The notes under the pieces: model-generated
Told to the model about the DNA's origin: nothing
The model's input: the letters and a program-made list of their open reading frames with translations, nothing else
Database searches by the model: none
Assembly (NCBI GenBank): GCA_963665325.3
Contig: CAXXWS020000003.1
Location: 672,001 to 736,000, forward strand
Direction: 5' to 3'
Length of the DNA: 64,000 nucleotides
Origin: Alphaproteobacteria bacterium
GTDB taxonomy: Bacteria; Pseudomonadota; Alphaproteobacteria; Bin95
Shown: one piece after another, positions 51,201-62,019 of the stretch
Layout of the letters: each line of letters begins with the position of its first letter
How positions within the stretch are numbered: position 1 is the first letter of the stretch
Position numbers and translations under genes: made by a program

Positions 51201-53471
51201 TCACGGTCTGCGCGGCATGGCTCGCAGCGCCCGCCAGACCTTCTCCGGGGTGATCGGCATGTCGATATGGTCCGGGCCGCCGGCGCCGAGCGCGTCGATC
51301 ACGGCATTGGCAACGGCCGCCGGCGCGGGCGTGGTGCCGCCCTCGCCGCCTCCCTTGGCGCCCAGCAGGTTGGTCCCGGTGGCAATCGCGTTGTGCGCGA
51401 CCTCGAAGAGGGGCAGGTCGTCCGCGCGCGGCACGGCGTAGTCCATGAAGGAGCCGGCAATCCTCTGCCCCTCGGCATTGTAGGCTGCGTTTTCCATCAG
51501 CGCCTGTCCGACGCCCTGTGCGACGCCGCCATGGACCTGCCCGTCCACCAGCAGCGGGTTGACGATGAGTCCTGCATCGTCCACAGCCGTGTAGCGCATA
51601 AGGCGGACCGCGCCGGTCTCCGGGTCGATCTCGACCTCGGCGACATGGCAGCCGTTGGGATAGGCGGGCAGCGGCGTCTCGATCTCCGCGACGGCGCGCA
51701 GCGGGCCTAGTTCCAGCAGGCCCGCGCTTTCGTTTCGCCCCGGCGTGCCGAACCGCCCGTCCTCGAAGACCAGGTCCTCTACCGGTGCGCCCAGCCGCAC
51801 AGCCGCACGGCTCCGTGCCGCCGCGATAATGGTGTCCGCCGTCTGGCGCAGCAGGTGTCCGCCGACCCGCATGGTGCGCGTGGAGTGGCTGCCGGAGCCC
51901 TTCTCCACCCGGTCGGTATCGCCGGTGACGAGGCGGACCCGCTCGAAGGGGATATCGAGCAGATGCGCCACAATCTGCGGCAGGGCGGTCTCATGGCCCT
52001 GGCCGCTCGACTGCGTGCCGATGACGACCTCCACGACGCCGTCCTCCGCGACCGTCATCTCCGCCCGCTCGACCGGCCAGCCGGTGGAAGTCTCGACATA
52101 ATTGGCAAGCCCGATGCCCCGCAGCCGGCCCCGGCCGGCCGCCTCCTGCCGCCTTGCCTCGAAGCCTTCCCAGTCGGAGAGCCGGAGCGCCATTTCCTGG
52201 CCCCGGTGGAAGTTGCCGCTGTCATAGACGACGCCGAGCGCGTTGCGGTAAGGCAGTTCGCCGACGAGGTTGCGTTCGCGCAGCGCCACCCGGTCGATGC
52301 CGGTTTCGCGGGCGGCCTTGTCGATCAGGCGTTCCAGCACGAAGGTCGCTTCCGGCCGCCCCGCGCCGCGATATGCGGTGACCGGCACGCTGTTGGTGAG
52401 CACACCTTTCATCGCCGTCTCGGCGGCCGGGATGTCGTAGAGGCCGGTCATGACGGTCGGCCCGCGCGCGATGGGCACGAAGGTGACCGCGTGGCTGCCG
52501 AGATTGCCCGTGTTGAAGCTGCGCATGGCGAGGAAGCGCCCGTCCGCATCGAGCGCCAGCTCCGCCTCGGTCACGAGGTCGCGCCCATCGTAGTCGCCGA
52601 GAAAGGCCTCGGACCGCGTGGCCGTCCAGCGCACCGGGCGCCTCAGCCGCCAGGCCGCCCAGGCGACCAGGGTGAACTCGGGATAGAGGCTGTTGCGGGT
52701 GCCGTAGCCGCCACCGACATCCTCCGACACGACGCGGATGCGCTCTGCCGGCCAGCCGAAGACGTGGCAAAGCTCGCGGTGGAAGCGGTTGACGCCTTGC
52801 CCGCCCGCCCAGAGCGTCAGCTTCCCGGCAGCCGCGTCCCAGTCGGCGAGCGCGGCGCGCGGCTCCATCGGGATGCCGTTCACGCGGTTGTTCACGGTCT
52901 CGATGCGCACGACATGGGCAGCGGCGGCGAAGGCCGCGGCAACGGCTTCCGCATCGCCCTTGTAATCGTCCACCGAGAGATTGCCGGGAACTTCGTCCCA
53001 GAGCGCGATAGCGTCGGGCGCGAGCGCAGCATGCACATCCGGAGCGGCAGGCAGCGGCGCATAACGGGCCTCGACCGCCTCGGCCCCCGCCAACGCCTCG
53101 GCCGCGGTACCGGCGACGACCATCGCGACCGCCTCGCCGACCCGCCTGACCCGGTCGTCGGCAAGCGGCGCCAGCGCCGGATAGACGACCGGGCGGCCGT
53201 CGCGGTTCCTGAGCTCGACGTCCTTCGGGTTGCCCTGCGCCGGCATCGGGCGCATGCCGTCGCCCGCATAGTCCGCGGCGGTCAGCACGGCCGCCACGCC
53301 CGGCAAGCGCGCCGCTTTCTCCGTCTCCACCCCTTCCAGCCGGGCATGGGCGTGCGGGCTGCGGGCGAAGGCGGCGTGGAGCTGGCCGGGCAGCGCACGG
53401 TCGTCCGAAAACCGCCCGCGCCCCGTCAGCAACCGGAAATCCTCCACCCGGCGAATGGAACGGCCGATCAT
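51201..53471 (-). CDS. Xanthine dehydrogenase-family molybdopterin-binding subunit (CoxL form II-like)
   Basis: RVED.RLLTG.G, VGGGYG, AYRGAGRPE, GQGHET, GQVHGG.AQG.GQAL, KG.GE. Confidence 0.92.
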   Translation of the reverse strand: MIGRSIRRVEDFRLLTGRGRFSDDRALPGQLHAAFARSPHAHARLEGVETEKAARLPGVAAVLTAADYAGDGMRPMPAQGNPKDVELRNRDGRPVVYPALAPLADDRVRRVGEAVAMVVAGTAAEALAGAEAVEARYAPLPAAPDVHAALAPDAIALWDEVPGNLSVDDYKGDAEAVAAAFAAAAHVVRIETVNNRVNGIPMEPRAALADWDAAAGKLTLWAGGQGVNRFHRELCHVFGWPAERIRVVSEDVGGGYGTRNSLYPEFTLVAWAAWRLRRPVRWTATRSEAFLGDYDGRDLVTEAELALDADGRFLAMRSFNTGNLGSHAVTFVPIARGPTVMTGLYDIPAAETAMKGVLTNSVPVTAYRGAGRPEATFVLERLIDKAARETGIDRVALRERNLVGELPYRNALGVVYDSGNFHRGQEMALRLSDWEGFEARRQEAAGRGRLRGIGLANYVETSTGWPVERAEMTVAEDGVVEVVIGTQSSGQGHETALPQIVAHLLDIPFERVRLVTGDTDRVEKGSGSHSTRTMRVGGHLLRQTADTIIAAARSRAAVRLGAPVEDLVFEDGRFGTPGRNESAGLLELGPLRAVAEIETPLPAYPNGCHVAEVEIDPETGAVRLMRYTAVDDAGLIVNPLLVDGQVHGGVAQGVGQALMENAAYNAEGQRIAGSFMDYAVPRADDLPLFEVAHNAIATGTNLLGAKGGGEGGTTPAPAAVANAVIDALGAGGPDHIDMPITPEKVWRALRAMPRRP

Positions 53472-53610
53472 GTTTCGAACTCCGCGCCGATAGGCGCCGC
53501 CAGCTTATGCCCGGCCTTCTTGCGCCGCGAGGTCTTTCGACGCCGGCAGGCCTTCAACTTCGGTGCACGGAGGAGTATTTCCACGACCGGCTGGCGGAGG
53601 ATTGTCTGCG

Positions 53611-53979
53611 ATGACCGGCGTTCGTTGGGCCTGCTTCCTTCCGGCGGCGTTGCTATGGCTTCCCGCCGGCGTTGCGGCGGCGATGCTGGCGCGAATATTC
53701 CCGCTGCCGGTCGATGCCGGGCAATGGTGGGTGCCGGTCGCCGCAATGCCTTGCGGGCTGCCGCTGGCCGGGGCTTGGCTCGCGCTCCGCCGCGCCGGAC
53801 GGAAGGGGATGGCGTGGGCGGTCGCAGCGCCGCTCGGCGCGCTCACGGCGCCGGTTACGCTGGCCGGCAGCGTATCGGGGTCCTGGAGCATGGCCTGCTA
53901 CGCGATCCTCCTCAGCCTGCCGGCCTGGTCGGCATACGGAGCCCTGCGCCGCCTGGATGCGGCGATTGACCGCCCGTGA
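53611..53979 (+). CDS. Hypothetical small membrane protein
   Basis: GGAGG SD and about 4 hydrophobic segments; fills the gap before frmA. Confidence 0.55.
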   Translation: MTGVRWACFLPAALLWLPAGVAAAMLARIFPLPVDAGQWWVPVAAMPCGLPLAGAWLALRRAGRKGMAWAVAAPLGALTAPVTLAGSVSGSWSMACYAILLSLPAWSAYGALRRLDAAIDRP

Positions 53980-55143
<1,164 letters not shown>

Positions 55144-55168
55144 TCCGCCGGGCGGAGGGCAGAGGGCG

Positions 55169-55675
55169 ATGAAGACGCTGCTGCTGCTTCGCCACGCCAA
55201 GGCCGGCGTCGGCGCGCCCGACCGCGACCGGGGGTTGACGGGGCGCGGGCGCCGCCAGTCCGCCGCCGCCGGGCGCTACCTCGCCGCCGAGGATCTGCTG
55301 CCCGACCTTGTGATCTGCTCGGACGCCCGCCGCACGCGCGAGACGCTGGACGGCCTCGGGCTGGAGGACGGCACGGCAGCGATCTTCACCCCCGAGCTCT
55401 ATGACGGCCATGTGCCGGAACTGCTGGACCTCGTGCGCGGAATCGAGGCGGCGGACGTCTCGCGCGTGCTGGTGATCGGCCACAACCCGACGGTCTCGGA
55501 TGCCGGGCGCTTCCTCGCCCGCGAGGGCGACCGGGCGTCGCTCTCGCGCCTGGCGCTGGGCATGCCGACCTCCGGGCTCGCGGTGCTGAAATTCGAGGCC
55601 GCAAGCTGGAGCGCGGTCGGCGCGGGCACGCTCACCCGGCTGCTCCGCCCCGCCGACTATCCCGAGGCGGACTGA
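55169..55675 (+). CDS. SixA-type histidine phosphatase
   Basis: LLRHAKA, DR.LT.RG, S.A.RT.ET, IGHNP. Confidence 0.88.
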   Translation: MKTLLLLRHAKAGVGAPDRDRGLTGRGRRQSAAAGRYLAAEDLLPDLVICSDARRTRETLDGLGLEDGTAAIFTPELYDGHVPELLDLVRGIEAADVSRVLVIGHNPTVSDAGRFLAREGDRASLSRLALGMPTSGLAVLKFEAASWSAVGAGTLTRLLRPADYPEAD

Positions 55676-55774
55676 ACCCACCGCCCCGCCGGCCCTGCGC
55701 ATCGCGCGGGTACTTCCGCCTGAGCCTGAATGCCTCTAAGGTCGCCCCTGCTGTAAAACCCAGGGAGGCTCTAC

Positions 55775-56896
55775 ATGCTCATCCGCACCGCACTCACCGG
55801 CCTTGCCGCGGCGGCGCTTGCAACAGCCGGCGCTCTGTCGGCTACAGCGGCGCCGGAACCCGTCAAGATCCGCATCGCGTCCGACCACACGCCGCCGCCG
55901 CATCCGGCCGCGCTGGCCGAAATCCTGTTCCAGGAGCGCCTCGCAGAGGAAATCCCGGGCTCCGAGGTCCTGCTGTTCCCGTCCAAGGCGCTCTATTCGG
56001 TGCCGGAGGCGGTCGAAGCCATGACCGAGGGCAATCTGGAGATGACCTGGGGCCAGTTCGGCAAGACCGCCCAGGTCGATCCGTTCATGGCCGTGGTGGT
56101 GGGCCCGATGCTGCTGACCACGCCCGGCGCCATCGACGCGATCGACGGCTTCGAGACCTACGCCATGCTGGTGAAGCGCTTCGAAGAGCTGCATGACATC
56201 AAGATCTTCGGCTCCGCCCATCTCAGCTTCTACATGGGCGCGGGCTCCGGCTCCCGCTTGCTCGAGCCGGCCGATTTCGCCGGCCGCAAGATCCGCTCCA
56301 TGAGCCCGGTCGAGAACGCCGCGCTGTCGGCCTGGGGCGCGAACCCGACCACCATGGCCTTTGGCGATGTGCCGCCGGCGCTCGAGACCGGCGTCATCGA
56401 CGGCCTGCTGACCAGCCTCGGCGGCTTCAATGTCGTCAAGGACCAGGCGCCCTACTTCACCGTCGCCGGCATCAACGGCATCGTCGGCGACTATTACTGG
56501 ATCGGCGCCAGCATGAGCTGGTGGAACTCGCTCGACGGCGAGCAGCAGGCGATTATCGAAAGGCTGATCGTCGAGGAGATGCTGCCCTTCGGGAAGAAGG
56601 CGAACTGGTGCAACGACAAGCGCATGATCGACAAGTACGGCACCGAGGATCCCTCCAAGCCCGGCATCTACATCATGACGGCCGATGAGGCCGGCGTGTT
56701 GGCTGACGCGCTCGGCTCCGGCACGGCGGACCATATCAAGAAGAGCACCCCGGGCGAGGCCGACGAGTGGGTGGACAAGTTCGCCATGGAAGCGAAAGCG
56801 GCGGTCGCCGCCAACCCGATGGGCTCGCACTGGCTCGAGGACACCGACTGTTCCGAGATCGAGCCCTGGTTCGAGCGCTTCGCCAAGAAGAAGTAG
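55775..56896 (+). CDS. dctP: TRAP transporter substrate-binding protein
   Basis: Signal peptide; G.KIR, WGANPT.M.FGDV..ALETGVIDG. Confidence 0.9.
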   Translation: MLIRTALTGLAAAALATAGALSATAAPEPVKIRIASDHTPPPHPAALAEILFQERLAEEIPGSEVLLFPSKALYSVPEAVEAMTEGNLEMTWGQFGKTAQVDPFMAVVVGPMLLTTPGAIDAIDGFETYAMLVKRFEELHDIKIFGSAHLSFYMGAGSGSRLLEPADFAGRKIRSMSPVENAALSAWGANPTTMAFGDVPPALETGVIDGLLTSLGGFNVVKDQAPYFTVAGINGIVGDYYWIGASMSWWNSLDGEQQAIIERLIVEEMLPFGKKANWCNDKRMIDKYGTEDPSKPGIYIMTADEAGVLADALGSGTADHIKKSTPGEADEWVDKFAMEAKAAVAANPMGSHWLEDTDCSEIEPWFERFAKKK

Positions 56897-56907
56897 CCCT
56901 GCCGTCG

Positions 56908-56936
56908 CTGCGGGGGGCCGCGCGGCCCCCCCGCAG
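56908..56936 (+). other. Intercistronic GC hairpin after dctP (stabiliser or attenuator)
   Basis: CTGCGGGGGGCCG/CGGCCCCCCGCAG stem followed by TTCCTT. Confidence 0.6.
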
Positions 56937-56970
56937 TTCCTTCACTTCCACGAGAGTGCGAGACGGCGCC

Positions 56971-57567
56971 ATGACCGACAGTTCCGCCGAGATGCCCGAA
57001 CCCGTCGGCTTCGACCTGGCCATGGACCGTGCTTACCGCGGCCTGCATTTTCTGCTCGACGAGGTGGTGGCCCGCATCGCCGCCGTCATCCTGCTTAGCG
57101 GCACCTTGCTCGCCTGCATCGAAATCGTGCGCCGCTACATTCTGGGCGTCGTGTTCGACTGGGGGCAGGACGCCGTCACCTATGTCTCCATCGCGGCAGT
57201 CTTCATCTATTTCGCCGTCACCCAGGCCTCGCGCTCGCATCTGGCTGTGCTGGCCCTTCTGGACCTGCTGCGCAGCCGGGGCTATGTCCGCATCGTGCTG
57301 ACGATCCGGGTGTTCGTGTCCGGCATCTCGCTCACCCTGTTCACCGCCCTTGCATATTGGGGCCTGCCGGCGGTGGAACGCGCCGAGAAGCTCGGCCGCA
57401 CCACCCAGAGCATGGTGATCTATATCTGGCCGTTCCAGGCCTGCCTGGTCATCGCGTTTGCGCTGATGGCGATCGTCACCTTCTTCCACCTCTACCAGGA
57501 TGTGCAGGCGCTGCGCGGCAAGACCGTGTTCCCCTGGGCGCCGGTCGAGGAAGGGATCGAGATTTAG
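56971..57567 (+). CDS. dctQ: TRAP transporter small permease
   Basis: Four TM helices; EIVRRY, W..D, HL.V. Confidence 0.85.
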   Translation: MTDSSAEMPEPVGFDLAMDRAYRGLHFLLDEVVARIAAVILLSGTLLACIEIVRRYILGVVFDWGQDAVTYVSIAAVFIYFAVTQASRSHLAVLALLDLLRSRGYVRIVLTIRVFVSGISLTLFTALAYWGLPAVERAEKLGRTTQSMVIYIWPFQACLVIAFALMAIVTFFHLYQDVQALRGKTVFPWAPVEEGIEI

Positions 57568-57568
57568 C

Positions 57569-58852
57569 ATGGGCGCGCTCGGCACCGGCCTGATCGCGCT
57601 TCTGGCCATCGGCGCGCCCATCGGCGTTGCGCTCGGCGGGGCGGCGGTCGCCTTCATCCTCTACGACCCGGTGCTTTCGGCGAACACCGCCTTTCGCGCC
57701 TTCTTCAGCTTCGTCAACAAATACACGCTCATGGCGATCCCGTTCTTCATCTATGCGGGCTTCCTCATGGAGCGCACGGGGCTGATCTCCAAGCTGTTCA
57801 AGTTCGCGGACGCCATCATCGGCTGGCTGCCGGGCGGCTTCGCCTACGCCACCCTGATCGCGGCCGTGCTGTTCGGCGCCATCTCCGGCTCCAGCACCGC
57901 CATGGCGGCGGCGATGGGCGTCATCGCCTATCCGGAGATGATCCGGCGCGGCTACCCGGTGTGGATGGCGGCCGGGGTGATCGCCTGCGGCGGCGGCATC
58001 GCGATCCTGATTCCGCCTTCGATCACGCTCATCCTGTTCGGCATCATCACCGAGGAGTCCATCGTCAAGCTGTTCTTCGCCGGCTTCGTGCCCGGCGTCC
58101 TGCTGGCGGTCTCGGATGCGGTCATCATCGTCTTCATCGCCTGGAAGCTGAAACTGCCCGCCGGCACGTTCAGCATGAAGAACCTCGGGGAATCGACCGT
58201 CGAGGCGCTGCCGGCGATCTTGATGCCGGTCTTCGTGCTGGGCGGGCTCTATGGCGGCGTGTTCACGCCGACGGAGGCGGGCGCGGCGTCGTGCGCCTAT
58301 GCGCTGATCTACGGCCTGGCGGCCCGGCGTGGCGCGTTCCTGCGCGAGCTGCTGCCGACGACCATGCGCGCGGCCAACCTCACCGCCATCGTCTTCTTCC
58401 TGCTGGGCTGCGTCGGCGTCTTCCAGTTCCTGCTCGCCAACAAGGGCTGGCCGCAGGACGTCGCCAATTGGGTCGGCACGCTGGGCCTCTCGGCCATGGG
58501 CTTCCTCATCGTGCTGCTGATCGTGCTGCTGATCCTGTCCATGTTCCTGACGGGCGTGGCGATCCTGGCGCTGACCGTGCCGATCATCTACCCGGTCTCG
58601 CTGACGCTCGGCATCGACCCGATCCATCTCGGCATATTGTTCGCGCTGGCGGTGGAGATGGGCGGCGTGATCCCGCCGGTAGGCCTTAACCTGTTCGCTG
58701 TGAGCGGCACCACCGGGGTGCCGGTGACAAGGGTGATGAAGGGCGCGATCCCGTTCCTGTGTACGGACGGCATCGTGCTGGTCCTGGTGCTGCTCTTCCC
58801 CATCCTCGCCCTCTGGCTCCCCAACTCCATGGTCCAGTCGGTGTTCAACTAG
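57569..58852 (+). CDS. dctM: TRAP transporter large permease
   Basis: LMAIPFFI.AG, GAISGSS.A, LIPPS, GG.FTPTEA, GIDPIHLG, PPVGLNLF. Confidence 0.93.
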   Translation: MGALGTGLIALLAIGAPIGVALGGAAVAFILYDPVLSANTAFRAFFSFVNKYTLMAIPFFIYAGFLMERTGLISKLFKFADAIIGWLPGGFAYATLIAAVLFGAISGSSTAMAAAMGVIAYPEMIRRGYPVWMAAGVIACGGGIAILIPPSITLILFGIITEESIVKLFFAGFVPGVLLAVSDAVIIVFIAWKLKLPAGTFSMKNLGESTVEALPAILMPVFVLGGLYGGVFTPTEAGAASCAYALIYGLAARRGAFLRELLPTTMRAANLTAIVFFLLGCVGVFQFLLANKGWPQDVANWVGTLGLSAMGFLIVLLIVLLILSMFLTGVAILALTVPIIYPVSLTLGIDPIHLGILFALAVEMGGVIPPVGLNLFAVSGTTGVPVTRVMKGAIPFLCTDGIVLVLVLLFPILALWLPNSMVQSVFN

Positions 58853-58883
58853 CGCGCGTCGCCTGCACAGGGAGGACCGCCAT

Positions 58884-59336
58884 ATGTCCGAGACCGGAAG
58901 CCGGAGCGCAAGCGAACCCTCTGCAACCCACCACGCCCCCGTCGTCCGCCGCCCTTCGGACCATCCGGGCCATGCGGGCCGCTTCGCCAATGTCACGCGG
59001 ATGGTCTTCCACCCGACGCCGGAACGCCCGAACACGCCCAATGCCGGTCTCGTCACCTACGCGCCGGGCGCGGGATTTCCGTTGCACAGGCACGATTTCG
59101 CCCAGCTCTGGTATGTGGCCGAGGGCGAATGCCGCTTCGGCGACAGGACGCTGAAGGCCGGCGACATGGTCTATATGGAAGACCCGCATTTCGAACACGA
59201 GATGAGCACCGAGACCGGCTGTACCATCGTCTTCATGCAATATCCCGGCCCGACGACAGGCGCCCGCCCGATCTACGAAGGCCGCTTCGACGGCAGGGAG
59301 GCTGCGGAGGGCGTGAAGCCGGATCTGGAGCGGTAG
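58884..59336 (+). CDS. Cupin-domain protein
   Basis: PGAGFPLHRH...QLWYV.EG....G...L.AGD.VYM..PHFEH; GGAGG SD. Confidence 0.85.
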   Translation: MSETGSRSASEPSATHHAPVVRRPSDHPGHAGRFANVTRMVFHPTPERPNTPNAGLVTYAPGAGFPLHRHDFAQLWYVAEGECRFGDRTLKAGDMVYMEDPHFEHEMSTETGCTIVFMQYPGPTTGARPIYEGRFDGREAAEGVKPDLER

Positions 59337-60023
59337 GGACGGCGCTGGCCCGTCGTCAACACTCTAGATCGAAGCCCCGCCTATTCGACAAGAGTGGGGA
59401 ACTACTCCTTGCCGGGTCAGACCATTCTTTTCGGCGGGTGACCCGACAGAGCTGGCGCAAATCCTGTTGATGCCAGTATCATTCAAGGATTCTTGGACCA
59501 AGAACACCAAAAAACGGATTCTTGGTTGACTCTCAATCATCGGTATGCAATTTCAGCATAGGTATCAAAATTCAACGGCTGAACAACAACCTGTGTTGAG
59601 ACGATAATCACCTGACGGTTGGAATTGTTGGCCAAGTTGTCCGAATGGCAGCTCCAGCTTGCGAGGACTAAGGTGCCTGTCAGATTTTCTACGTTCCCTC
59701 GCACACAAATGCCCCCAATATTCACCTCAACTATTGTCGATGTATTCGACCATCACTTGACCACGATTGCTACGACTGAGCGCTCGAAGGGCTTGAACAG
59801 CGACGGCGTCCTGGCCATAATTCGCTCCGATCTTCTCAAGCTGGGCTTTAGTGTCGAGGCAAGCAAGAAAACAAGTGACAAAATCAGGCGCCCAGTTTTC
59901 TTCGGTGAGAATGCTCAGCCCGATCTTCAGTACGAGGTCGACGCATGGCATCCGCAGTGGCGAGCAGGGCTTGAAGTCGAAGCAGGGCGAGCGTGGATGG
60001 GCAATGCCATCTATCGTGATCTA

Positions 60024-60860
60024 GGTCGTGTACCCATAAGGTGTTTCGTGATTTTCGAAGATGTGATTCAAGCTCCCAACCTCAGGGAGCTTGGAGATGG
60101 GCCGCTACGATCTGACGGACTTCGAATGGCGTGTGATTGAGCCGCTGCTGCCGAACAAGCCCCGCGGCGTCCCTCGGGTGGACGATCGCCGAGTGTTGAA
60201 CGGCATTCTGTGGGTGCTTCGCACGGGGGCGCCGTGGCGTGACCTCCCGGAGCGCTACGGGCCTTATACGACCTGCTACAACCGGTTCAACCGTTGGCGC
60301 AAGAAGGGCGTCTGGGATCAGTTGATGGATGCGGTGGTGGAGGCTTACGACGGTAATGTGCAGATGATCGACAGTTCGAGCGTCCGGGTTCACCAGCACG
60401 CGGCGGGTGCAAAAAGGGGGGTCCGGATCGTTGCATGGGTCGTTCCCGCGGTGGACTGACCACGAAGATCCACGCCGTGGCGGACGTTACCGGTCTGCCG
60501 ATCCGCTACGACCTCAGCCCCGGCCAGGCACACGACAGTACGGCCGCCGGCGCTATGCTGACGCACCTGCCGCCCGACAGTTTCCTCATCGCCGACAAGG
60601 CCTATGACGCCAAATGGATCCGTGACCTGATCGAGCAACGCGATGCCGTCGCGATCATCCCCGACCGAGAAGGCGCGAAGACCAGGCACGCCTTCAGCAA
60701 ACCGTTGTATCGATTGCGAAATCGTATCGAACGCGCCTTCAACAAGCTCAAGCAGTTCCGCCGCATCGCCACCCGCTACGAAAAGCTCGCGGCCAACTTC
60801 CTGGCCATGATCAAGATCGCAACTATCAGACTCTGGCTACGTGCTTATGAGTCCACGACC
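60024..60860 (+). mobile_element. IS5-family element (IS427-like group), copy 1, 837 bp
   Basis: IRL GGTCGTGTACCCATAAG and IRR CTTATGAGTCCACGACC (15/17 match), flanked by TA. orfA is 60097-60459 and orfB ends at 60863; a -1 shift at A5G6 (60411-60421) would join them. Confidence 0.95.
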
Positions 60861-60863
60861 TAG
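60097..60863 (+). CDS. IS5-family transposase (frameshift fusion of orfA and orfB)
   Basis: LTDFEW..I.PLLP, RTGAPWRDLPERYG, IDSS, GRSRGGLTTKIH, ADKAYD, Y.LRNRIER.F.KLK.FRRIATRY.K. Confidence 0.93.
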
Positions 60864-61699
60864 GTCGTGTACCCATAAGGTGTTTCGTGATTTTCGAAGA
60901 TGTGATTCAAGCTCCCAACCTCAGGGAGCTTGGAGATGGGCCGCTACGATCTGACGGACTTCGAATGGCGTGTGATTGAGCCGCTGCTGCCGAACAAGCC
61001 CCGCGGCGTCCCTCGGGTGGACGATCGCCGAGTGTTGAACGGCATTCTGTGGGTGCTTCGCACGGGGGCGCCGTGGCGTGACCTCCCGGAGCGCTACGGG
61101 CCTTATACGACCTGCTACAACCGGTTCAACCGCTGGCGCAAGAAGGGCGTCTGGGATCAGTTGATGGATGCGGTGGTGGAGGCTTACGACAGCAACGTGC
61201 AGATGATCGACAGTTCGAGCGTCCGGGTTCACCAGCACGCGGCGGGTGCAAAAAGGGGGGTCCGGATCGTTGCATGGGTCGTTCCCGTGGTGGACTGACC
61301 ACGAAGATCCACGCCGTGGCGGACGTTACCGGTCTGCCGATCCGCTACGACCTCAGCCCCGGCCAGGCACACGACAGCACGACCGCCGGCGCCATGCTGG
61401 CGAACCTGCCGCCCGACAGTTTCCTGATCGCCGACAAGGCCTATGACGCCAAATGGATCCGTGAGCTGATCGAGCAACGCGATGCCGTCGCGATCATCCC
61501 CGACCGAGAAGGCGCGAAGACCAGGCACGCCTTCAGCAAACTGTTGTATCGATTGCGAAATCGTATCGAACGCGCCTTCAACAAGCTCAAGCAGTTCCGC
61601 CGCATCGCCACCCGCTACGAAAAGCTCGCGGCCAACTTCCTGGCCATGATCAAGATCGCAACTATCAGACTCTGGCTACGTGCTTATGAGTCCACGACC
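60863..61699 (+). mobile_element. IS5-family element, copy 2, 837 bp, in direct tandem with copy 1
   Basis: Same terminal IRs; separated from copy 1 by a single TA (60861-60862) and followed by TA (61700-61701). About 13 substitutions versus copy 1 by manual count. Confidence 0.95.
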
Positions 61700-61702
61700 T
61701 AA
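60936..61702 (+). CDS. IS5-family transposase (copy 2, frameshift fusion)
   Basis: Near-identical to copy 1; the stop codon is completed by the target TA. Confidence 0.93.
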
Positions 61703-62019
61703 TACAAGCACTGGTTATGGTAGAGATGGATCACTTGATTCTTGCTGTCCCACAGCTATATCGCTACCGGTCAGGTGGACGGGAAACCGCCAGCAGAGAC
61801 TACATAAATACTGTCTCTGTAGCGCAAGCTCTCTATGGTCACTCGCGCATCAATATGCCATTTTCCCTTTGTATAATTGGCTATTAACTCGCAATCCAAA
61901 GATCATATATCAAGCGTCATTAAACTAGAGCCAACATGTTGTTGTTGCGTCGTGTTGCTGGGAGTGATGAGCTAGATCAGGTCTTTTCGTTATCGTCCTA
62001 CGTAAGAAAATGGGTAATC

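Larger units (their letters stand above)
59673..61887 (+). pseudogene. Putative PD-(D/E)xK-type, restriction-endonuclease-like gene (178 aa when rejoined) disrupted by two IS copies
   Basis: GAGGA SD and GTG at 59673. The 5' half ends ...EVDAWHPQWRAGLEVEAGRAWMGNAIYRDL at 60023. The 3' half resumes in frame at 61702 (IQALVMVEMDHLILAVP...LCIIGY*) and ends at 61887. Low GC. Confidence 0.75.

Noticed and set aside
59590-59671. Possible S24/LexA-type peptidase C-terminal remnant (…VGIVGQVVRMA…)
   Set aside because: Too short and interrupted by stop codons to support without a search.
59619-60140. 173-aa ORF as a complete gene
   Set aside because: It is a chimera of the nuclease 5' half and read-through into the IS left end. 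The true 3' half is at 61702-61887.
61936-62019. N-terminal part of the 95-aa ORF as a real HigA start
   Set aside because: Low-GC sequence unrelated to the HigA N-terminus (no HPGE). Similarity begins only near 62020.
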